This document shows, piece by piece, positions 13,250 to 24,534 of a stretch of 64,000 bases of DNA. The first letter of the stretch is position 1; each line of letters starts with the position of its first letter. Under the pieces are notes generated by a model that did no database searches, was not told the origin of the DNA, and was given only the letters and a program-made list of their open reading frames with translations. Origin of the DNA: an uncultured Bacillota bacterium (lineage in GTDB: Bacteria > Bacillota > DTU025 > MWDF01); the NCBI GenBank assembly GCA_963823655.1, contig CAWGMK010000006.1, positions 256,001-320,000 on the forward strand, read 5' to 3'. Position numbers and translations under genes: made by a program.

Positions 13250-13531
13250 ATGTCCCGGTCGCTCAAAAAGGGCCCGTATGTCTGCCCGAAGTTGATGAAA
13301 AAGGTAGACGCGATGAACTCCAAGGGAACCAAGGAGATAATCAAGACCTGGTCCAGGAGCTCCACTATCATGCCAGACATGCTAGGGCACACCATCGCGG
13401 TACATGACGGCAGAAAGCACGTGCCTGTATATATCATAGAGGACATGGTAGGGCACAAATTAGGCGAATTCGCGCCTACGAGGACCTATAGGGGTCACTC
13501 GAGAACTGATAAGGCAACAGAGCTTAAGTAG
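13250..13531 (+). CDS. rpsS: 30S ribosomal protein S19
   Basis: [11 protein letters not shown]. Confidence 0.99.
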   Translation: MSRSLKKGPYVCPKLMKKVDAMNSKGTKEIIKTWSRSSTIMPDMLGHTIAVHDGRKHVPVYIIEDMVGHKLGEFAPTRTYRGHSRTDKATELK

Positions 13532-13545
13532 GAGGGTCAGCAGCT

Positions 13546-13884
13546 ATGGAGGCAAAAGCAGTAGCAAAACATGTCAGGATCACGCCTCGCAAGGCCCGTG
13601 CCGTAGTTGACCTGATCCGCGGCAAGAGCGTCAATGAGGCGATGGCCATACTAAAGTTCTCACCTCGCGGGGCGAGTGAAGTGGTATACAAGGTGGTCAA
13701 GTCGGCGGCGGCTAACGCCGAGAACAACCTAAACCTCGACAAGGACTCCCTGTACGTTGCCAAAGCCTTTGTGGACGTGGGTCCCACCATGAAAAGGGTG
13801 TTGCCCAGGCTAAGAGGCATGGCTGACAGGCTTCTCAAGAGAAGCTGCCATGTGACAATTGTCGTTAAGGAAAGGGAGGGTTGA
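13546..13884 (+). CDS. rplV: 50S ribosomal protein L22
   Basis: SAAANAENN; operon order. Confidence 0.99.
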   Translation: MEAKAVAKHVRITPRKARAVVDLIRGKSVNEAMAILKFSPRGASEVVYKVVKSAAANAENNLNLDKDSLYVAKAFVDVGPTMKRVLPRLRGMADRLLKRSCHVTIVVKEREG

Positions 13885-13886
13885 TC

Positions 13887-14603
13887 GTGGGTCAAAAGGT
13901 TAACCCGATAGGCTTCAGGGTCGGAGTCATCAAGGGCTGGGATTCTGCATGGTACGCGGATAAGTCGTATGCGGATCAGCTCCACGAGGACCTAAAGCTC
14001 AAGAAGTACATCAAGGGATATGATTTCAACAGGAAAGACGGTTCGCCCGTGTCCAAGGACCCCTCCAAGAGGGAGAACAACCCGGGAAGCATTTCCAGGG
14101 TTCAGATCGAGCGTAAGGCGAACAACGTCATTAAGTTCATCATCAACACCGGCAAGCCCGGCGTTATCATCGGAAGCGGCGGAAAGAAGTCCGAGGAGCT
14201 CAGGAAGGAACTTGTGGCCCTCACAGGCAAGCAGGTGCTTCTTAGCATCAACGAGGTCAGGAATCCCGACCTCGACGCACAGCTGGTGGCGGAGAACATA
14301 GCAGGCCAGCTTGAGAAGAGGATAGCTTTCAGGCGCGCGATGAAGCAGTCAATGGCAAGGGCAGAGAAGCTCGGATGCCTCGGAATAAAGATGAGATGCT
14401 CCGGCAGGCTCGGCGGCGCCGAAATCGCCAGGACAGAGAGCTATTCCAACGGCAGGCTACCGCTTCATACGCTCAGAGCAGACATTGACTACGGTTTTGC
14501 CGAGGCGGCAACGACCTACGGTAGAATCGGAATCAAGGTCTGGATCTACAAGGGCGAGGTCCTTCCCAAGAGGGCACCCGGCCAGAACCAGGGAGGACAC
14601 TAA
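13887..14603 (+). CDS. rpsC: 30S ribosomal protein S3
   Basis: [10 protein letters not shown] and [10 protein letters not shown]; GTG start. Confidence 0.99.
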   Translation: MGQKVNPIGFRVGVIKGWDSAWYADKSYADQLHEDLKLKKYIKGYDFNRKDGSPVSKDPSKRENNPGSISRVQIERKANNVIKFIINTGKPGVIIGSGGKKSEELRKELVALTGKQVLLSINEVRNPDLDAQLVAENIAGQLEKRIAFRRAMKQSMARAEKLGCLGIKMRCSGRLGGAEIARTESYSNGRLPLHTLRADIDYGFAEAATTYGRIGIKVWIYKGEVLPKRAPGQNQGGH

Positions 14604-14605
14604 CC

Positions 14606-15073
14606 ATGTTGATGCCAAAGAGGGTAAAGTTCAGAAAGGTACACCGCGGCCGCATGACAGGCAAGGCCACAAGGGGCAACTACATCGCTTTTGGCGAGTG
14701 GGGCCTCATGGCGACCGAGTGCGGATGGGTGACCGACAGGCAGATTGAAGCCGCGCGTATCGCAATGACTCGTTATACCAAGCGCGGAGGCAACGTCTGG
14801 ATCAGGATATTCCCTGACAAGCCGGTAACCCAGAAGCCTGCCGAAACCCGTATGGGATCAGGCAAGGGCTCGCCGGAGTACTGGGTAGCGGTAATCAAGC
14901 CGGGCCGCGTAATGTTCGAGATCGGCGGAGTTCCCGACACCGATGCCAAGGAAGCCATGCGTCTTGCGATGCATAAGCTGCCGGTATTGTCGAAGATCGT
15001 GAACAAGGGCGATTTCGACCACATAGAGAAGCATATAACTGCAAAGAAGGAGGGTGAGGCAGATGAAGCCTAA
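14606..15073 (+). CDS. rplP: 50S ribosomal protein L16
   Basis: [12 protein letters not shown]. Confidence 0.99.
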   Translation: MLMPKRVKFRKVHRGRMTGKATRGNYIAFGEWGLMATECGWVTDRQIEAARIAMTRYTKRGGNVWIRIFPDKPVTQKPAETRMGSGKGSPEYWVAVIKPGRVMFEIGGVPDTDAKEAMRLAMHKLPVLSKIVNKGDFDHIEKHITAKKEGEADEA

Positions 15074-15266
15074 GGAAGTACGCGAACTTACGGCCGAGGA
15101 ATTGGCAAAGAAGCTCTCCACCCTCAAGGAGGAGCTGTTCAACCTGAGGTTCCAGCTCGCCACAAACCAGTTGGAGAACCCTAACAGGATAGGCGAAGTT
15201 AAGAAGAACTTAGCCCGTGTGAAGACCGTGATCCGCGAACGCGAGCTCAAGGCGGCGCGCGGATGA
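15063..15266 (+). CDS. rpmC: 50S ribosomal protein L29
   Basis: EELFNLRFQ; operon order. Confidence 0.98.
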   Translation: MKPKEVRELTAEELAKKLSTLKEELFNLRFQLATNQLENPNRIGEVKKNLARVKTVIRERELKAARG

Positions 15267-15283
15267 TAGGGGAGGGAGCGAAT

Positions 15284-15544
15284 ATGGAGGATACCAGGAA
15301 CGAGCGCAAAGAGAGGACCGGCGTGGTCGCGAGCGACAAGATGGACAAGACCCGCGTAGTGGTCATCGAGCGCACCTTCAGCCACCCTCTATACGGGAAG
15401 ACCGTAAGAAGGTCGAGCAGGATAAAGGTGCACGATGAGAAGAACGAAAGCCACGTCGGCGACAAGGTCACAGTAATGGAGACCAGGCCGATTTCCAAAG
15501 AGAAGCGTTGGAGGCTCGTCGAGATAGTCGAGCGCGCGAAATAG
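15284..15544 (+). CDS. rpsQ: 30S ribosomal protein S17
   Basis: SDKMDKT and [11 protein letters not shown]. Confidence 0.98.
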   Translation: MEDTRNERKERTGVVASDKMDKTRVVVIERTFSHPLYGKTVRRSSRIKVHDEKNESHVGDKVTVMETRPISKEKRWRLVEIVERAK

Positions 15545-15563
15545 CCGAGAGGAGGGGCAATAA

Positions 15564-15932
15564 ATGATACAGGCCCAAACGATACTTAATGTTGCCGACA
15601 ACTCCGGTGCGAAGAAGATCATGTGCTTCAGAGTGTCAGGCGGCTCCAGAAGAAGATACGCAAGCATAGGCGACATAATCGTCGCATCAGTTAAAGAAGC
15701 TACGCCCGGAGGCGTTGTGAAAAAGGGCGAGGTTGTCAAAGCCGTTGTGGTTCGTACTGCCAAGCAGATAAGGCGCCAGGATGGCTCCTACATCCGCTTC
15801 GACGAGAACGCCGCCGTCTTGATCAACGACCAGATGAACCCGAGGGGCACTCGCATCTTCGGGCCCGTTGCCAGGGAATTGAGGGATAAGAACTACATGA
15901 AGATCATCTCCCTCGCCCCTGAAGTCCTTTAG
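15564..15932 (+). CDS. rplN: 50S ribosomal protein L14
   Basis: VADNSGAK and SLAPEVL. Confidence 0.99.
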   Translation: MIQAQTILNVADNSGAKKIMCFRVSGGSRRRYASIGDIIVASVKEATPGGVVKKGEVVKAVVVRTAKQIRRQDGSYIRFDENAAVLINDQMNPRGTRIFGPVARELRDKNYMKIISLAPEVL

Positions 15933-15947
15933 GACGGAGGAGCAGAT

Positions 15948-16262
15948 ATGAAGATAAAGAAGGGCGACAACGTCCAGATCATCTCCGGAAAGGACGCCGG
16001 CAGGAAGGGCAAGGTCCTCCATACGGTACCCTCGAACGAGAAGGTAGTAGTTGAGAACATGAACATGGCCAAGAAGCACACGAAGCCGTCGAAGACCGCT
16101 CCTCAAGGTGGCATCATCGATACCCCGATGGCGATGCCGGCCTCCAAGGTGATGGTAGTCTGCTCAAAGTGCAACAAGGCGACCCGGGTCAGAATGAAGG
16201 CTGACGGAGAAGGCAAGTTCTCACGCACATGCGCAAAGTGCGGGACCAGCCTCGACAAGTAA
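15948..16262 (+). CDS. rplX: 50S ribosomal protein L24
   Basis: KOW motif IKKGDNVQIISGKD. Confidence 0.99.
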   Translation: MKIKKGDNVQIISGKDAGRKGKVLHTVPSNEKVVVENMNMAKKHTKPSKTAPQGGIIDTPMAMPASKVMVVCSKCNKATRVRMKADGEGKFSRTCAKCGTSLDK

Positions 16263-16284
16263 GACCGAGGAGGAGGATTTCTAA

Positions 16285-16827
16285 ATGCCGCGTTTACAGG
16301 ACAGATATAGAAACGACGTTATGCCGGCCCTCACCAAGAGGTTCGGGTACAAGAACGTCAACCAGCTGCCTAAGCTGGTCAAAGTTGTAGTCAACATGGG
16401 CGTCAGCGAGGCCACAGCGGATCCGAAGGCACTAGATGCCGCAGCCGCCGACCTTGCTACGATCACAGGCCAGAAGGCACTGATTACAAAGGCCAAGAGG
16501 TCGATAGCCAATTTCAAGCTCAGGGCAGGAGTGCCGATAGGCGCCAAGGTCACCCTTCGCGGGGAGAGGATGTTCTACTTCCTCGATAAGCTCTTCAACG
16601 TGAGCCTTCCGCGCATCAGGGACTTCAGGGGCATATCAACAAGCGGCTTTGACGGCCGCGGCAACTACACCCTGGGGCTGAAGGAACAGCTCATATTCCC
16701 CGAGATAGTCTACGACAAGGTGGACAAGGTCAGAGGGATGGACATAACAATAGTCACTTCGGCTAGGACGGACGAAGAGGGACTAGAGCTGCTCCGCGCA
16801 TTGGGCATGCCGTTCAAGGCCCAGTAA
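16285..16827 (+). CDS. rplE: 50S ribosomal protein L5
   Basis: LPRIRDFRG and FDGRGNY. Confidence 0.99.
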   Translation: MPRLQDRYRNDVMPALTKRFGYKNVNQLPKLVKVVVNMGVSEATADPKALDAAAADLATITGQKALITKAKRSIANFKLRAGVPIGAKVTLRGERMFYFLDKLFNVSLPRIRDFRGISTSGFDGRGNYTLGLKEQLIFPEIVYDKVDKVRGMDITIVTSARTDEEGLELLRALGMPFKAQ

Positions 16828-16839
16828 GGAGGAAGCAAG

Positions 16840-17025
16840 ATGGCACGTAAAGGATTGGTCGAATCTTGGAAGCGCGAACCCAAGTTCGGAGTAAGGGCAT
16901 ATAACCGTTGCCAGATCTGCGGCAGACCCCGCGGATACATGAGGAAGTTCAAGATGTGCAGGATCTGCTTCCGTAGCCTTGCCTCCCGCGGAGAGATTCC
17001 GGGAGTCACCAAGGCAAGCTGGTAA
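16840..17025 (+). CDS. rpsZ: 30S ribosomal protein S14, zinc-binding type Z
   Basis: 61 aa; CQICGRP...CRIC. Confidence 0.98.
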   Translation: MARKGLVESWKREPKFGVRAYNRCQICGRPRGYMRKFKMCRICFRSLASRGEIPGVTKASW

Positions 17026-17056
17026 GGCGGACATGCCGTGAGAGGAGGTACAGCAG

Positions 17057-17458
17057 ATGCCGGTTTCTGATCCCATAGCGGATATGTTGACAAGAATCCG
17101 CAACGCAAACATGGTTTACCATGACACGGTAGTGATGCCGTCTTCCAAGATGAAGGTGGAGATGGCCCTCATTCTGAAACAGGAGGGCTATATCAGGGAC
17201 TTCGAGCAGGTAACTGACGAGAAGGGTTTCAAGAATTTGAAGCTTTTCATGAAGTACATGCCGGACAGGAAGAAGGTCATCAGCGGGCTAAGGCGCATTT
17301 CTAAGCCCGGGCTGAAGGTCTATACGACTAAAGACGAGCTTCCCAGGGTCCTCAATGGACTGGGGATAGCAATAATTTCGACATCTAGCGGACTAATGAC
17401 AGACCGTAAGGCTCGTGAGACGGGCCTCGGCGGCGAAGTCGTCTGCTATGTCTGGTAG
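17057..17458 (+). CDS. rpsH: 30S ribosomal protein S8
   Basis: [13 protein letters not shown]. Confidence 0.99.
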   Translation: MPVSDPIADMLTRIRNANMVYHDTVVMPSSKMKVEMALILKQEGYIRDFEQVTDEKGFKNLKLFMKYMPDRKKVISGLRRISKPGLKVYTTKDELPRVLNGLGIAIISTSSGLMTDRKARETGLGGEVVCYVW

Positions 17459-17469
17459 GGGGTGCTGAA

Positions 17470-18015
17470 ATGTCAAGAATAGGTAGGAAGCCGATCAGCA
17501 TACCCGCAGACGTAAAAGTAGAGCTGGAAGGCCACAGCATGAAGGTCACCGGCCCTAAAGGCAGTCTCGCTCGCGAGCTGCACAAGGATATGCAGATCAG
17601 CATAGAAGCAAATGTAATCAGCGTAGCCAGGCCTACAGAGAGCAAGACCCACAAGTCGCTCCATGGCCTTACCCGCACGCTCATAGACAATATGATCGTC
17701 GGCGTGACCAAGGGCTTCCAGACGGACCTTGAGATCGTAGGAACAGGTTACAAGGCCTCGGTACAGGGCAAGAAGCTTGTCCTTAACGTCGGCCATTCAC
17801 ATCCCGTGGAAATTGAACCTCCGGCGGGCATCAGCTTTGAAACAGCCACACCGATCAAAATAGCGGTCAAGGGCAGCAGCAAAGAGGATGTGGGCCAGAT
17901 GGCAGCGGACATCCGCGCCAAGAGGCCGCCTGAGATCTACCACGGCACGGGCATTAGATACGCCGGAGAGGTGGTCCACCTCAAGGCCGGCAAGACCGGC
18001 AAGGTCGGCAAGTAA
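17470..18015 (+). CDS. rplF: 50S ribosomal protein L6
   Basis: MSRIGRKPI; operon order. Confidence 0.99.
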   Translation: MSRIGRKPISIPADVKVELEGHSMKVTGPKGSLARELHKDMQISIEANVISVARPTESKTHKSLHGLTRTLIDNMIVGVTKGFQTDLEIVGTGYKASVQGKKLVLNVGHSHPVEIEPPAGISFETATPIKIAVKGSSKEDVGQMAADIRAKRPPEIYHGTGIRYAGEVVHLKAGKTGKVGK

Positions 18016-18047
18016 CGCTGCGGCGAGAAGGAAAGGGGAAATGAGCT

Positions 18048-18410
18048 TTGTTTAACAGGAAAGACAGGAAAGAGGCCCTTACCCGCCGCCATAGCCGTGT
18101 GCGCGAGCACATCAACGGCACGACCGAAAGGCCGAGGCTTGCGGTTCACAGGAGCCTAGCGAACATCTACGCACAACTGATCGACGATACCACGGGCACA
18201 ACGCTGGTATTCGCGTCCTCCACCGAGAAGGGGCTCGGCCTCGAATACGGCGGAAACGTTGAAGCCGCGAAGGTCCTTGGCAAGACGGTCGCCGAGCGCG
18301 CCCTGGCAAAGGGCATAAAAGCCGTGGTTTTCGACCGCGGTGGCCACATCTACCACGGCAGGGTGTCAGCCTTCGCCGAGGCTGCCCGCAATGCCGGGCT
18401 AGAGTTCTAG
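18048..18410 (+). CDS. rplR: 50S ribosomal protein L18
   Basis: [13 protein letters not shown]. Confidence 0.99.
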   Translation: MFNRKDRKEALTRRHSRVREHINGTTERPRLAVHRSLANIYAQLIDDTTGTTLVFASSTEKGLGLEYGGNVEAAKVLGKTVAERALAKGIKAVVFDRGGHIYHGRVSAFAEAARNAGLEF

Positions 18411-18429
18411 GGAAGGGGGCACGCATGGA

Positions 18430-18924
18430 ATGAAGAGGTTCGTTCAGGAAGTAAGCGAGCTTTCCGAGAAAGTGGTCAGCATCAACCCCGTCGCTAAGAC
18501 GACCAAGGGCGGAAGGACCAGGAGCTTCAGGGCACTCGTCGTCGTAGGCGATGCCAAAGGCAAAGTCGGCATCGGAATAGGCAAGGCCTACGAAGTCGCC
18601 GAAGCCATTAAGAAGGGCTCCTCTGCCGCCAAGAAGAGCATGGTGGCGATCCCGATGGTAGGGACGACAATACCGCACGAAGTCACATCGGATTACGGCG
18701 CGGGCAAAGTAGTCCTGAAGCCAGCAGCTCCCGGTACCGGCGTCATAGCAGGCGGTCCGGTTCGTGCCGTCCTCGAAGCGGCAGGCATCAAGGACATCCT
18801 CACGAAGTCGCTCGGCTCAAACAACCCGATAAACATGGTCAACGCTACCATGAAGGGCCTTTTGAGCATGAGGACGGCCGAGGAAGTCTCCAGGACGCGC
18901 GGCTTGGACGCCGAGGCGAAATAG
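18430..18924 (+). CDS. rpsE: 30S ribosomal protein S5
   Basis: [16 protein letters not shown]. Confidence 0.99.
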   Translation: MKRFVQEVSELSEKVVSINPVAKTTKGGRTRSFRALVVVGDAKGKVGIGIGKAYEVAEAIKKGSSAAKKSMVAIPMVGTTIPHEVTSDYGAGKVVLKPAAPGTGVIAGGPVRAVLEAAGIKDILTKSLGSNNPINMVNATMKGLLSMRTAEEVSRTRGLDAEAK

Positions 18925-18937
18925 GGGGGAAATTCGA

Positions 18938-19129
18938 ATGGCCAAGTTCTTGAAGATAACTTATAAGAAGAGCTTCATAGGCGAGCCGGACAGGGTCAGG
19001 GCGACCGTAAGATCGCTCGGATTCCACAAGCTCGGTGAGGCAATAGTAAGACCTGACACACCCCAATTGAGGGCGATGTGCCAGAGCATCGACCACCTTT
19101 TGCAGGTAGTCGAGGTCGACGCAGAATAG
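18938..19129 (+). CDS. rpmD: 50S ribosomal protein L30
   Basis: Size, position, LKITYKKS..G motif. Confidence 0.93.
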   Translation: MAKFLKITYKKSFIGEPDRVRATVRSLGFHKLGEAIVRPDTPQLRAMCQSIDHLLQVVEVDAE

Positions 19130-19168
19130 TAGGAGTCGCTTCGGCTCCACAAGCGGAGGTGCATACAT

Positions 19169-19612
19169 ATGAAATTGCATGAACTACGCCCTCCAGAGGG
19201 TTCAAAGAAGGAACGCCACCGCGTAGGACGCGGCCACGGCTCGGGTTGGGAGAGGTCGGCCGGCAAAGGCCAGAAGGGCCAGAAGTCCCGTTCGGGCGGA
19301 GTCAAGGGTCCTGCTTTCGAGGGCGGCCAGACTCCTTTGGCAAGGCGCATACCCAAGAGAGGGTTCAACAACAAGTTCCGCATAGAGTATGCGGTAGTCA
19401 ATATCTCTCAGCTCGAGGACAGGTTCGAGGCCGGCGCATCGGTCGGTCTTGAGGAATTCTACACTTCGGGCCTGGTAAAGGGCAAGTTCAATCTCGTGAA
19501 GGTCCTCGGCGACGGCGAGATCTCCAAGGCTCTTACCGTCCAGGCGCACAAGTTCAGCGAAACAGCTGCCGAGAAGATAAAAGCGGCAGGTGGGAGCGTG
19601 GAGGTTATCTAG
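19169..19612 (+). CDS. rplO: 50S ribosomal protein L15
   Basis: FEGGQTPL.RRIPKRGF. Confidence 0.99.
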   Translation: MKLHELRPPEGSKKERHRVGRGHGSGWERSAGKGQKGQKSRSGGVKGPAFEGGQTPLARRIPKRGFNNKFRIEYAVVNISQLEDRFEAGASVGLEEFYTSGLVKGKFNLVKVLGDGEISKALTVQAHKFSETAAEKIKAAGGSVEVI

Positions 19613-20875
19613 ATGATAGCTGCGATCATTAATGCCTTCAGGGTCCCGGAGATAAGGAAGAAGATAACGTTCACGGCGCTTATGCTGCTCGTGTACAGGC
19701 TCGGTTCCTTCATCCCGGTCCCGGGCGTGGACGCTACCAAGGTATTCGCGGAGTTCCAGAGCGCGGCGGGTTCCGGCGGGACCGGCATCCTGTCGCTTCT
19801 GGATATGTTCGCCGGCGGTTCTCTTTCGAGGATGACGCTATTTGCCCTCAACGTGGGCCCTTACATCACGGCGTCTATCGTCATGGAGCTGCTGAAAGTA
19901 GTAATACCTAAGTTCGAACAGCTGGCCAAGGAGGGCGACGAGGGCAGGAAGAAGCTTCAGGCCTATTCACGTTACCTTAGCTTGGGCCTTGCGGTCCTTC
20001 AGTCCATAAGCTACATGCTTCTTCTGAAGGGCGCGATGATGAGCGGCATATGGAACAACCTGCTCGTTATAGTAAGCATGACGGCCGGTGCTATGTTCAC
20101 TGTGTGGCTCGGCGAGAAGATCTCCGAGAAGGGCATAGGCAACGGCATATCGCTAATCATATTCACAGGAATAGTATCGAGGCTTCCTATGGTCGCAAAG
20201 CAGCTGTTCACCCTCGTCCAAACGGGCGGGCTGAATGTACTGCTCCTTCTCATCTTCCTTGTTTCGCTGCTCGCAGTCGTAGTAGGCGTCGTGGCGATAG
20301 AGGAAGCCAACAGGAAGATACCCGTGCAGTACCCCAAAAGGGTTGTAGGCCGCAGGGTCTACGGAGGACAGAGCACGCATCTTCCCATCAAAGTGAACCA
20401 GGCGGGCGTAATACCCGTAATCTTCGCCTCTTCGCTGCTGGCCTTCCCCGCAACGCTGGGAAGCTTCTGGCCCGCGTTCGGCGAGCTGATGAACAAGTTC
20501 ACTGCGAACGCATGGGCTTATAACTCGGTGCAGGTAGTGCTCATCATAGCGTTCACATATTTCTATACGGGCATCACATTCAACCCGATAGACATATCGA
20601 ACAACATGAAGCAGTACGGCGGGTTCATCCCAGGCTATCGCCCGGGCAGATCCACAGCCGAGTACATCGACAGGGTAGTCACGAGAATCGCCCTGCCGGG
20701 CGCCATATTCCTCGGCGCTATGGCGGTGTTGCCCAGCGTAATGACGGCGATACTGGGGGTCAACATAGGCTTCGGAGGCACGAGCATAATCATCGCGGTA
20801 GGCGTTGCGCTCGACACGATGAAGCAGATAGAATCCCAGCTCATAATGAGGCAATACGAAGGCTTCATGCAGTAA
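19613..20875 (+). CDS. secY: Preprotein translocase SecY
   Basis: Multi-pass membrane protein; GIGNGISLIIF and FIPGYRPG. Confidence 0.99.
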   Translation: MIAAIINAFRVPEIRKKITFTALMLLVYRLGSFIPVPGVDATKVFAEFQSAAGSGGTGILSLLDMFAGGSLSRMTLFALNVGPYITASIVMELLKVVIPKFEQLAKEGDEGRKKLQAYSRYLSLGLAVLQSISYMLLLKGAMMSGIWNNLLVIVSMTAGAMFTVWLGEKISEKGIGNGISLIIFTGIVSRLPMVAKQLFTLVQTGGLNVLLLLIFLVSLLAVVVGVVAIEEANRKIPVQYPKRVVGRRVYGGQSTHLPIKVNQAGVIPVIFASSLLAFPATLGSFWPAFGELMNKFTANAWAYNSVQVVLIIAFTYFYTGITFNPIDISNNMKQYGGFIPGYRPGRSTAEYIDRVVTRIALPGAIFLGAMAVLPSVMTAILGVNIGFGGTSIIIAVGVALDTMKQIESQLIMRQYEGFMQ

Positions 20876-20888
20876 AGGGGATAAGGGA

Positions 20889-21545
20889 ATGAACTTGGTC
20901 ATAATGGGGCCTCCCGGTGCGGGAAAAGGTACCGCCGCCGAGAGCATAAGGACGAGATACGGGCTTGCGCACATCTCCACCGGGGATCTTCTGCGCGCCG
21001 CCGTCAAGGCGGGCACCGACCTTGGGCTCAAGGCAGCTGGATATATGAACGCAGGAAAGCTGGTCCCTGATGACGTAGTTATAGGGCTTGTCGAGCGAAG
21101 GCTAGGCGAGCCCGATACCCTAAAAGGCTTTATGCTTGACGGCTTCCCCAGGACAATCCCCCAGGCAGAAGCGCTCGCTATCATGCTCGATGGCATAGGC
21201 AGGCATTTGGACCTGGTGCTGTCCATAGAAGTAGAGGACGAGGAGATAATCAAGCGCATAGCAGGCCGGCTCATTTGCCCGTCCTGCGGCGCAATATACA
21301 ATGAGGATACCAACCCTCCGGAAAAAGGCGTCTGCAAGTGCGGCGGATCACCAGCTCGCCGCAAGGATGACGAGCCGGAGGCGGTGAAAACGAGGCTCAT
21401 TGCCTACAAGGCTCAGACCGAACCTCTTATCCGCTGGTACACCGATAGGGGGCTGCTTAAGGGCGTTGACGGCCACGGCCTGCCGGCGGTGGTTTTCGGA
21501 AGGATTACCGGAATACTGTCCGGATACGAGGGCAGCTTAAGATGA
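20889..21545 (+). CDS. adk: Adenylate kinase with a Cys-containing lid
   Basis: GPPGAGKGT, LDGFPRT, CPSC..CKC lid. Confidence 0.98.
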   Translation: MNLVIMGPPGAGKGTAAESIRTRYGLAHISTGDLLRAAVKAGTDLGLKAAGYMNAGKLVPDDVVIGLVERRLGEPDTLKGFMLDGFPRTIPQAEALAIMLDGIGRHLDLVLSIEVEDEEIIKRIAGRLICPSCGAIYNEDTNPPEKGVCKCGGSPARRKDDEPEAVKTRLIAYKAQTEPLIRWYTDRGLLKGVDGHGLPAVVFGRITGILSGYEGSLR

Positions 21546-22289
21546 TAGTCCTCAAAACACCGCAGGATCTGCTCAAGATGAGAAAGTCCGGGCAGATAAC
21601 GGCGGCGGTCCTGGCGATGATGAGTGTTCTTGCCAGACCCGGGGTTAAGACAGCAGAGCTGGACAGGAAGGCAGAAGATCTGATAGTCAGGATGGGCGGG
21701 AAACCGGCTTTCAAGGGATACATGGACTATCCGGCCACCCTCTGCACATCAGTCAACGACGAAGTCATCCACGGGATTCCCGGCGACAGGGTTCTTCGGG
21801 ATGGGGACATCCTGAGCATAGATACCGGCGCATTCCTGGAAGGTTACTGTTCTGACTCGGCAATATACGCTGCCCATCGGGGATGTATCGGATGAAGCCG
21901 CAAGGCTGATCAGAGAGACCCGAAAAGCACTGGAAGCCGGCATAGCGATGGCGCAAAATGGCGGCAGGCTGGGCGACATAGGGCATGCTGTACAGACGTC
22001 GGCCGAGAAGGCAGGGTTTTCTGTGGTAAGGGAGTATGTAGGGCACGGGATAGGCAGAAAGATGCACGAAGCCCCCAATGTGCCCAACTACGGGGCGAAG
22101 GGGACCGGGGTCGGCCTTTCATCCGGTATGACGATAGCGATCGAGCCGATGATAAATCAGTTCGCCCGCGAAGTCAAAGTGGATGGGGACGGCTGGACGG
22201 TCAGGACGAAGGATGGCGGGCTTTCCGCTCACTTCGAACATACAATCGCCATAACCGATGAGGGACCTATAGTGCTTACCATGCTATAA
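21542..22289 (+). CDS. map: Methionine aminopeptidase type I, split by a 1-nt frameshift near 21865 (likely sequencing error)
   Basis: HGIP and DSA in one frame; GHGIG..HE, EPM and SAHFEHT in the next. Confidence 0.93.
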
Positions 22290-22303
22290 TAATAGATTGG
22301 AAG

Positions 22304-22612
22304 GTGCCAAGGCATTTGTCAGAATGCGGCGAAATCAGGCTGGGGCAGCTTGTGATATCCAAGATGGGAAGGGACAAGGGTCGTCTCTGCGTAGTGGTAA
22401 GGCGGCTGGACGATTGCGCAGTGCTCATCGCGGATGGTCAGATGCATAAGTTCTCTAGGCCCAAGAGAAAGAACATAAGGCATCTGATAAAGCTGAACAA
22501 CATAGACGCCGTCCTGGAAGGTAAACTGGGGAAGGGAACCGAGATCACCGACCGGGAACTGGCAGAGGCGCTTGATGGCTATAGGGCCAGAGGTACTGAA
22601 AGGGGGCATTGA
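22304..22612 (+). CDS. KOW-domain RNA-binding protein (L14e-like)
   Basis: [13 protein letters not shown]...PKRKNIRHL; conserved map-infA position. Confidence 0.85.
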   Translation: MPRHLSECGEIRLGQLVISKMGRDKGRLCVVVRRLDDCAVLIADGQMHKFSRPKRKNIRHLIKLNNIDAVLEGKLGKGTEITDRELAEALDGYRARGTERGH

Positions 22613-22619
22613 CCCGATC

Positions 22620-22838
22620 ATGAGCAAGGATGATTACATCGAGGCCGAAGGTACGGTAATGGAACCGCTGCCTAACGCCATGTTTAGGGTACAGCTGAGC
22701 AATGGGCATATGGTCCTTGCGCACGTATCCGGCAAGATGCGAATGAGGTTCATAAAGATCCTCGCCGGGGACAAGGTTAAGCTGGAATTATCGCAGTATG
22801 ACCTTGAAAGAGGCAGGATCGTGTGGAGATACAAGTAG
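22620..22838 (+). CDS. infA: Translation initiation factor IF-1
   Basis: LPNAMFRV and HVSGKMR. Confidence 0.99.
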   Translation: MSKDDYIEAEGTVMEPLPNAMFRVQLSNGHMVLAHVSGKMRMRFIKILAGDKVKLELSQYDLERGRIVWRYK

Positions 22839-22875
22839 GCCCAGGCAAGGGCCAAGTCTGACAGGAGGGCTAGTT

Positions 22876-22989
22876 ATGAAAGTTAAGCCTTCGGTGAAAA
22901 AGATCTGCGACAAGTGCAAGATCATCCGCAGGGACGGGGTCGTCCATGTAATATGCGAGAACCCCAAGCACAAGCAGAGACAGGGTTAG
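22876..22989 (+). CDS. rpmJ: 50S ribosomal protein L36
   Basis: [14 protein letters not shown]...HKQRQG. Confidence 0.98.
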   Translation: MKVKPSVKKICDKCKIIRRDGVVHVICENPKHKQRQG

Positions 22990-23034
22990 TCTTAAAGATT
23001 ATTATGCTAAAATGCAACGGAGGTGTTCCGGAGA

Positions 23035-23409
23035 ATGGCGCGTATCGCGGGCGTTGACCTCCCCAGGGACAAAAGAGTTGAAGTAGCCCTTTGCTATTTG
23101 TATGGCATCGGCCTCAGCACTTCCCAGGAGATATTGGCCAAAGTTGGCGTAAGTCCTGACACAAGGGTCAAGGATTTGACAGAGGACGAAGTAACCAAGC
23201 TTCGTGAGACAATAGACAAGGGCTATCCCGTAGAGGGCGACCTCAGGAGGGAAGAGGCCCAGAATATCAAGAGGCTGATCGAAATAGGCAGCTATCGCGG
23301 GCTCAGGCACCGCAGGGGCCTGCCCACAAGAGGTCAGCGCACTAAGACTAATGCACGCACCCGCAAAGGTCCCAAGAAGACCGTCGGCGGACGCGGCAAG
23401 AAGGCCTAA
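23035..23409 (+). CDS. rpsM: 30S ribosomal protein S13
   Basis: [10 protein letters not shown] and [14 protein letters not shown]. Confidence 0.99.
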   Translation: MARIAGVDLPRDKRVEVALCYLYGIGLSTSQEILAKVGVSPDTRVKDLTEDEVTKLRETIDKGYPVEGDLRREEAQNIKRLIEIGSYRGLRHRRGLPTRGQRTKTNARTRKGPKKTVGGRGKKA

Positions 23410-23422
23410 GGAGGGTTAAGGG

Positions 23423-23815
23423 ATGGCAGCCAAGAAGCAGGCAAGAACTAGGAAACACGAGCGTAAAAACGTCGAAGCGGGCGTCGCTCATATTAAGTCG
23501 ACGTTCAACAACACGCTCGTAACCATCACCGACCCGGTAGGAAACCTGATCTCATGGTCCTCATCGGGAGCCCAGGGATTCAGAGGCTCCAGGAAGGGCA
23601 CTCCGTACGCGGCTCAGCAGGCTGCAGAGGTTGCGGCCAAGGCGGCAATGGAGCATGGAATGAAGAGCGTCGAGGTCCTGGTCAAGGGCCCCGGAGGCGG
23701 CAGGGAAGCGGCAGTCAGGTCGCTTCAGTCCACCGGACTCGAAGTGAGCATGATCAAAGACGTAACGCCCATACCGCACAACGGGTGCAGGCCGCCCAAG
23801 CGCAGACGCGTTTAA
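23423..23815 (+). CDS. rpsK: 30S ribosomal protein S11
   Basis: [18 protein letters not shown]. Confidence 0.99.
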   Translation: MAAKKQARTRKHERKNVEAGVAHIKSTFNNTLVTITDPVGNLISWSSSGAQGFRGSRKGTPYAAQQAAEVAAKAAMEHGMKSVEVLVKGPGGGREAAVRSLQSTGLEVSMIKDVTPIPHNGCRPPKRRRV

Positions 23816-23837
23816 AAGGTAAGATGGAGGTGCCGAA

Positions 23838-24467
23838 ATGGCAAGGATGACCGATTCAGTATGCAGTCAGTGCCGCCGCGAGAGGGTAAAGCTCTACCTC
23901 AAGGGCGACCGCTGCTATTCATCTAAGTGCGCCCTCACAAGAAGGAGCAAGAGATATGCTCCCGGCGTGCACGGCGACAGGCAGAAGAAACTCTCCGAAT
24001 ATGGCGTACAGCTTCGTGAGAAGCAGAAGCTGCGCAGGATCTACGGAGTCTTGGAGACGCAGTTCTCCAATACGTTCGTCAAAGCAGAGCGCGCAAAGGG
24101 CATCACAGGCGAGAATCTGTTGGCCCTCATGGAGCGCAGGCTTGACAATGTCGTGTACAGGTTGGGCTTCGCAAAGTCCAGGCCGCAGGCAAGGCAGATA
24201 GTGGCCCATGGCCATATCACCGTCAACGGCGGCAAGGTGGACATCCCATCCTATACCGTAAGCGTTAACGACATTGTATCAGTGAAGCCCAATTCCAAGG
24301 ACGCCAAGTTCTTCAAGGAAGGTCTGGGCCTATCCAGCAAGGCTATGCCTCAGTGGCTTACAGTCGATCTGGACAACCTGACCGGATCCGTGATCGCTTT
24401 GCCGACGAGGGAAATGATAGACACCGACGTGAAAGAGCACCTAATCGTCGAGTTCTACTCCAGATAA
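23838..24467 (+). CDS. rpsD: 30S ribosomal protein S4
   Basis: [12 protein letters not shown] and LIVEFYSR. Confidence 0.99.
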   Translation: MARMTDSVCSQCRRERVKLYLKGDRCYSSKCALTRRSKRYAPGVHGDRQKKLSEYGVQLREKQKLRRIYGVLETQFSNTFVKAERAKGITGENLLALMERRLDNVVYRLGFAKSRPQARQIVAHGHITVNGGKVDIPSYTVSVNDIVSVKPNSKDAKFFKEGLGLSSKAMPQWLTVDLDNLTGSVIALPTREMIDTDVKEHLIVEFYSR

Positions 24468-24534
24468 TGGCGAAAGACGCGATGCTTCGCTCACAAATCG
24501 CCGCTAAGCTGTACGAATGGAGGGTGCTTGTCTG

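Noticed and set aside
21860-21900. Programmed frameshifting in map or truA
   Set aside because: No slippery heptamer or stimulatory structure, and similar indels occur throughout the window
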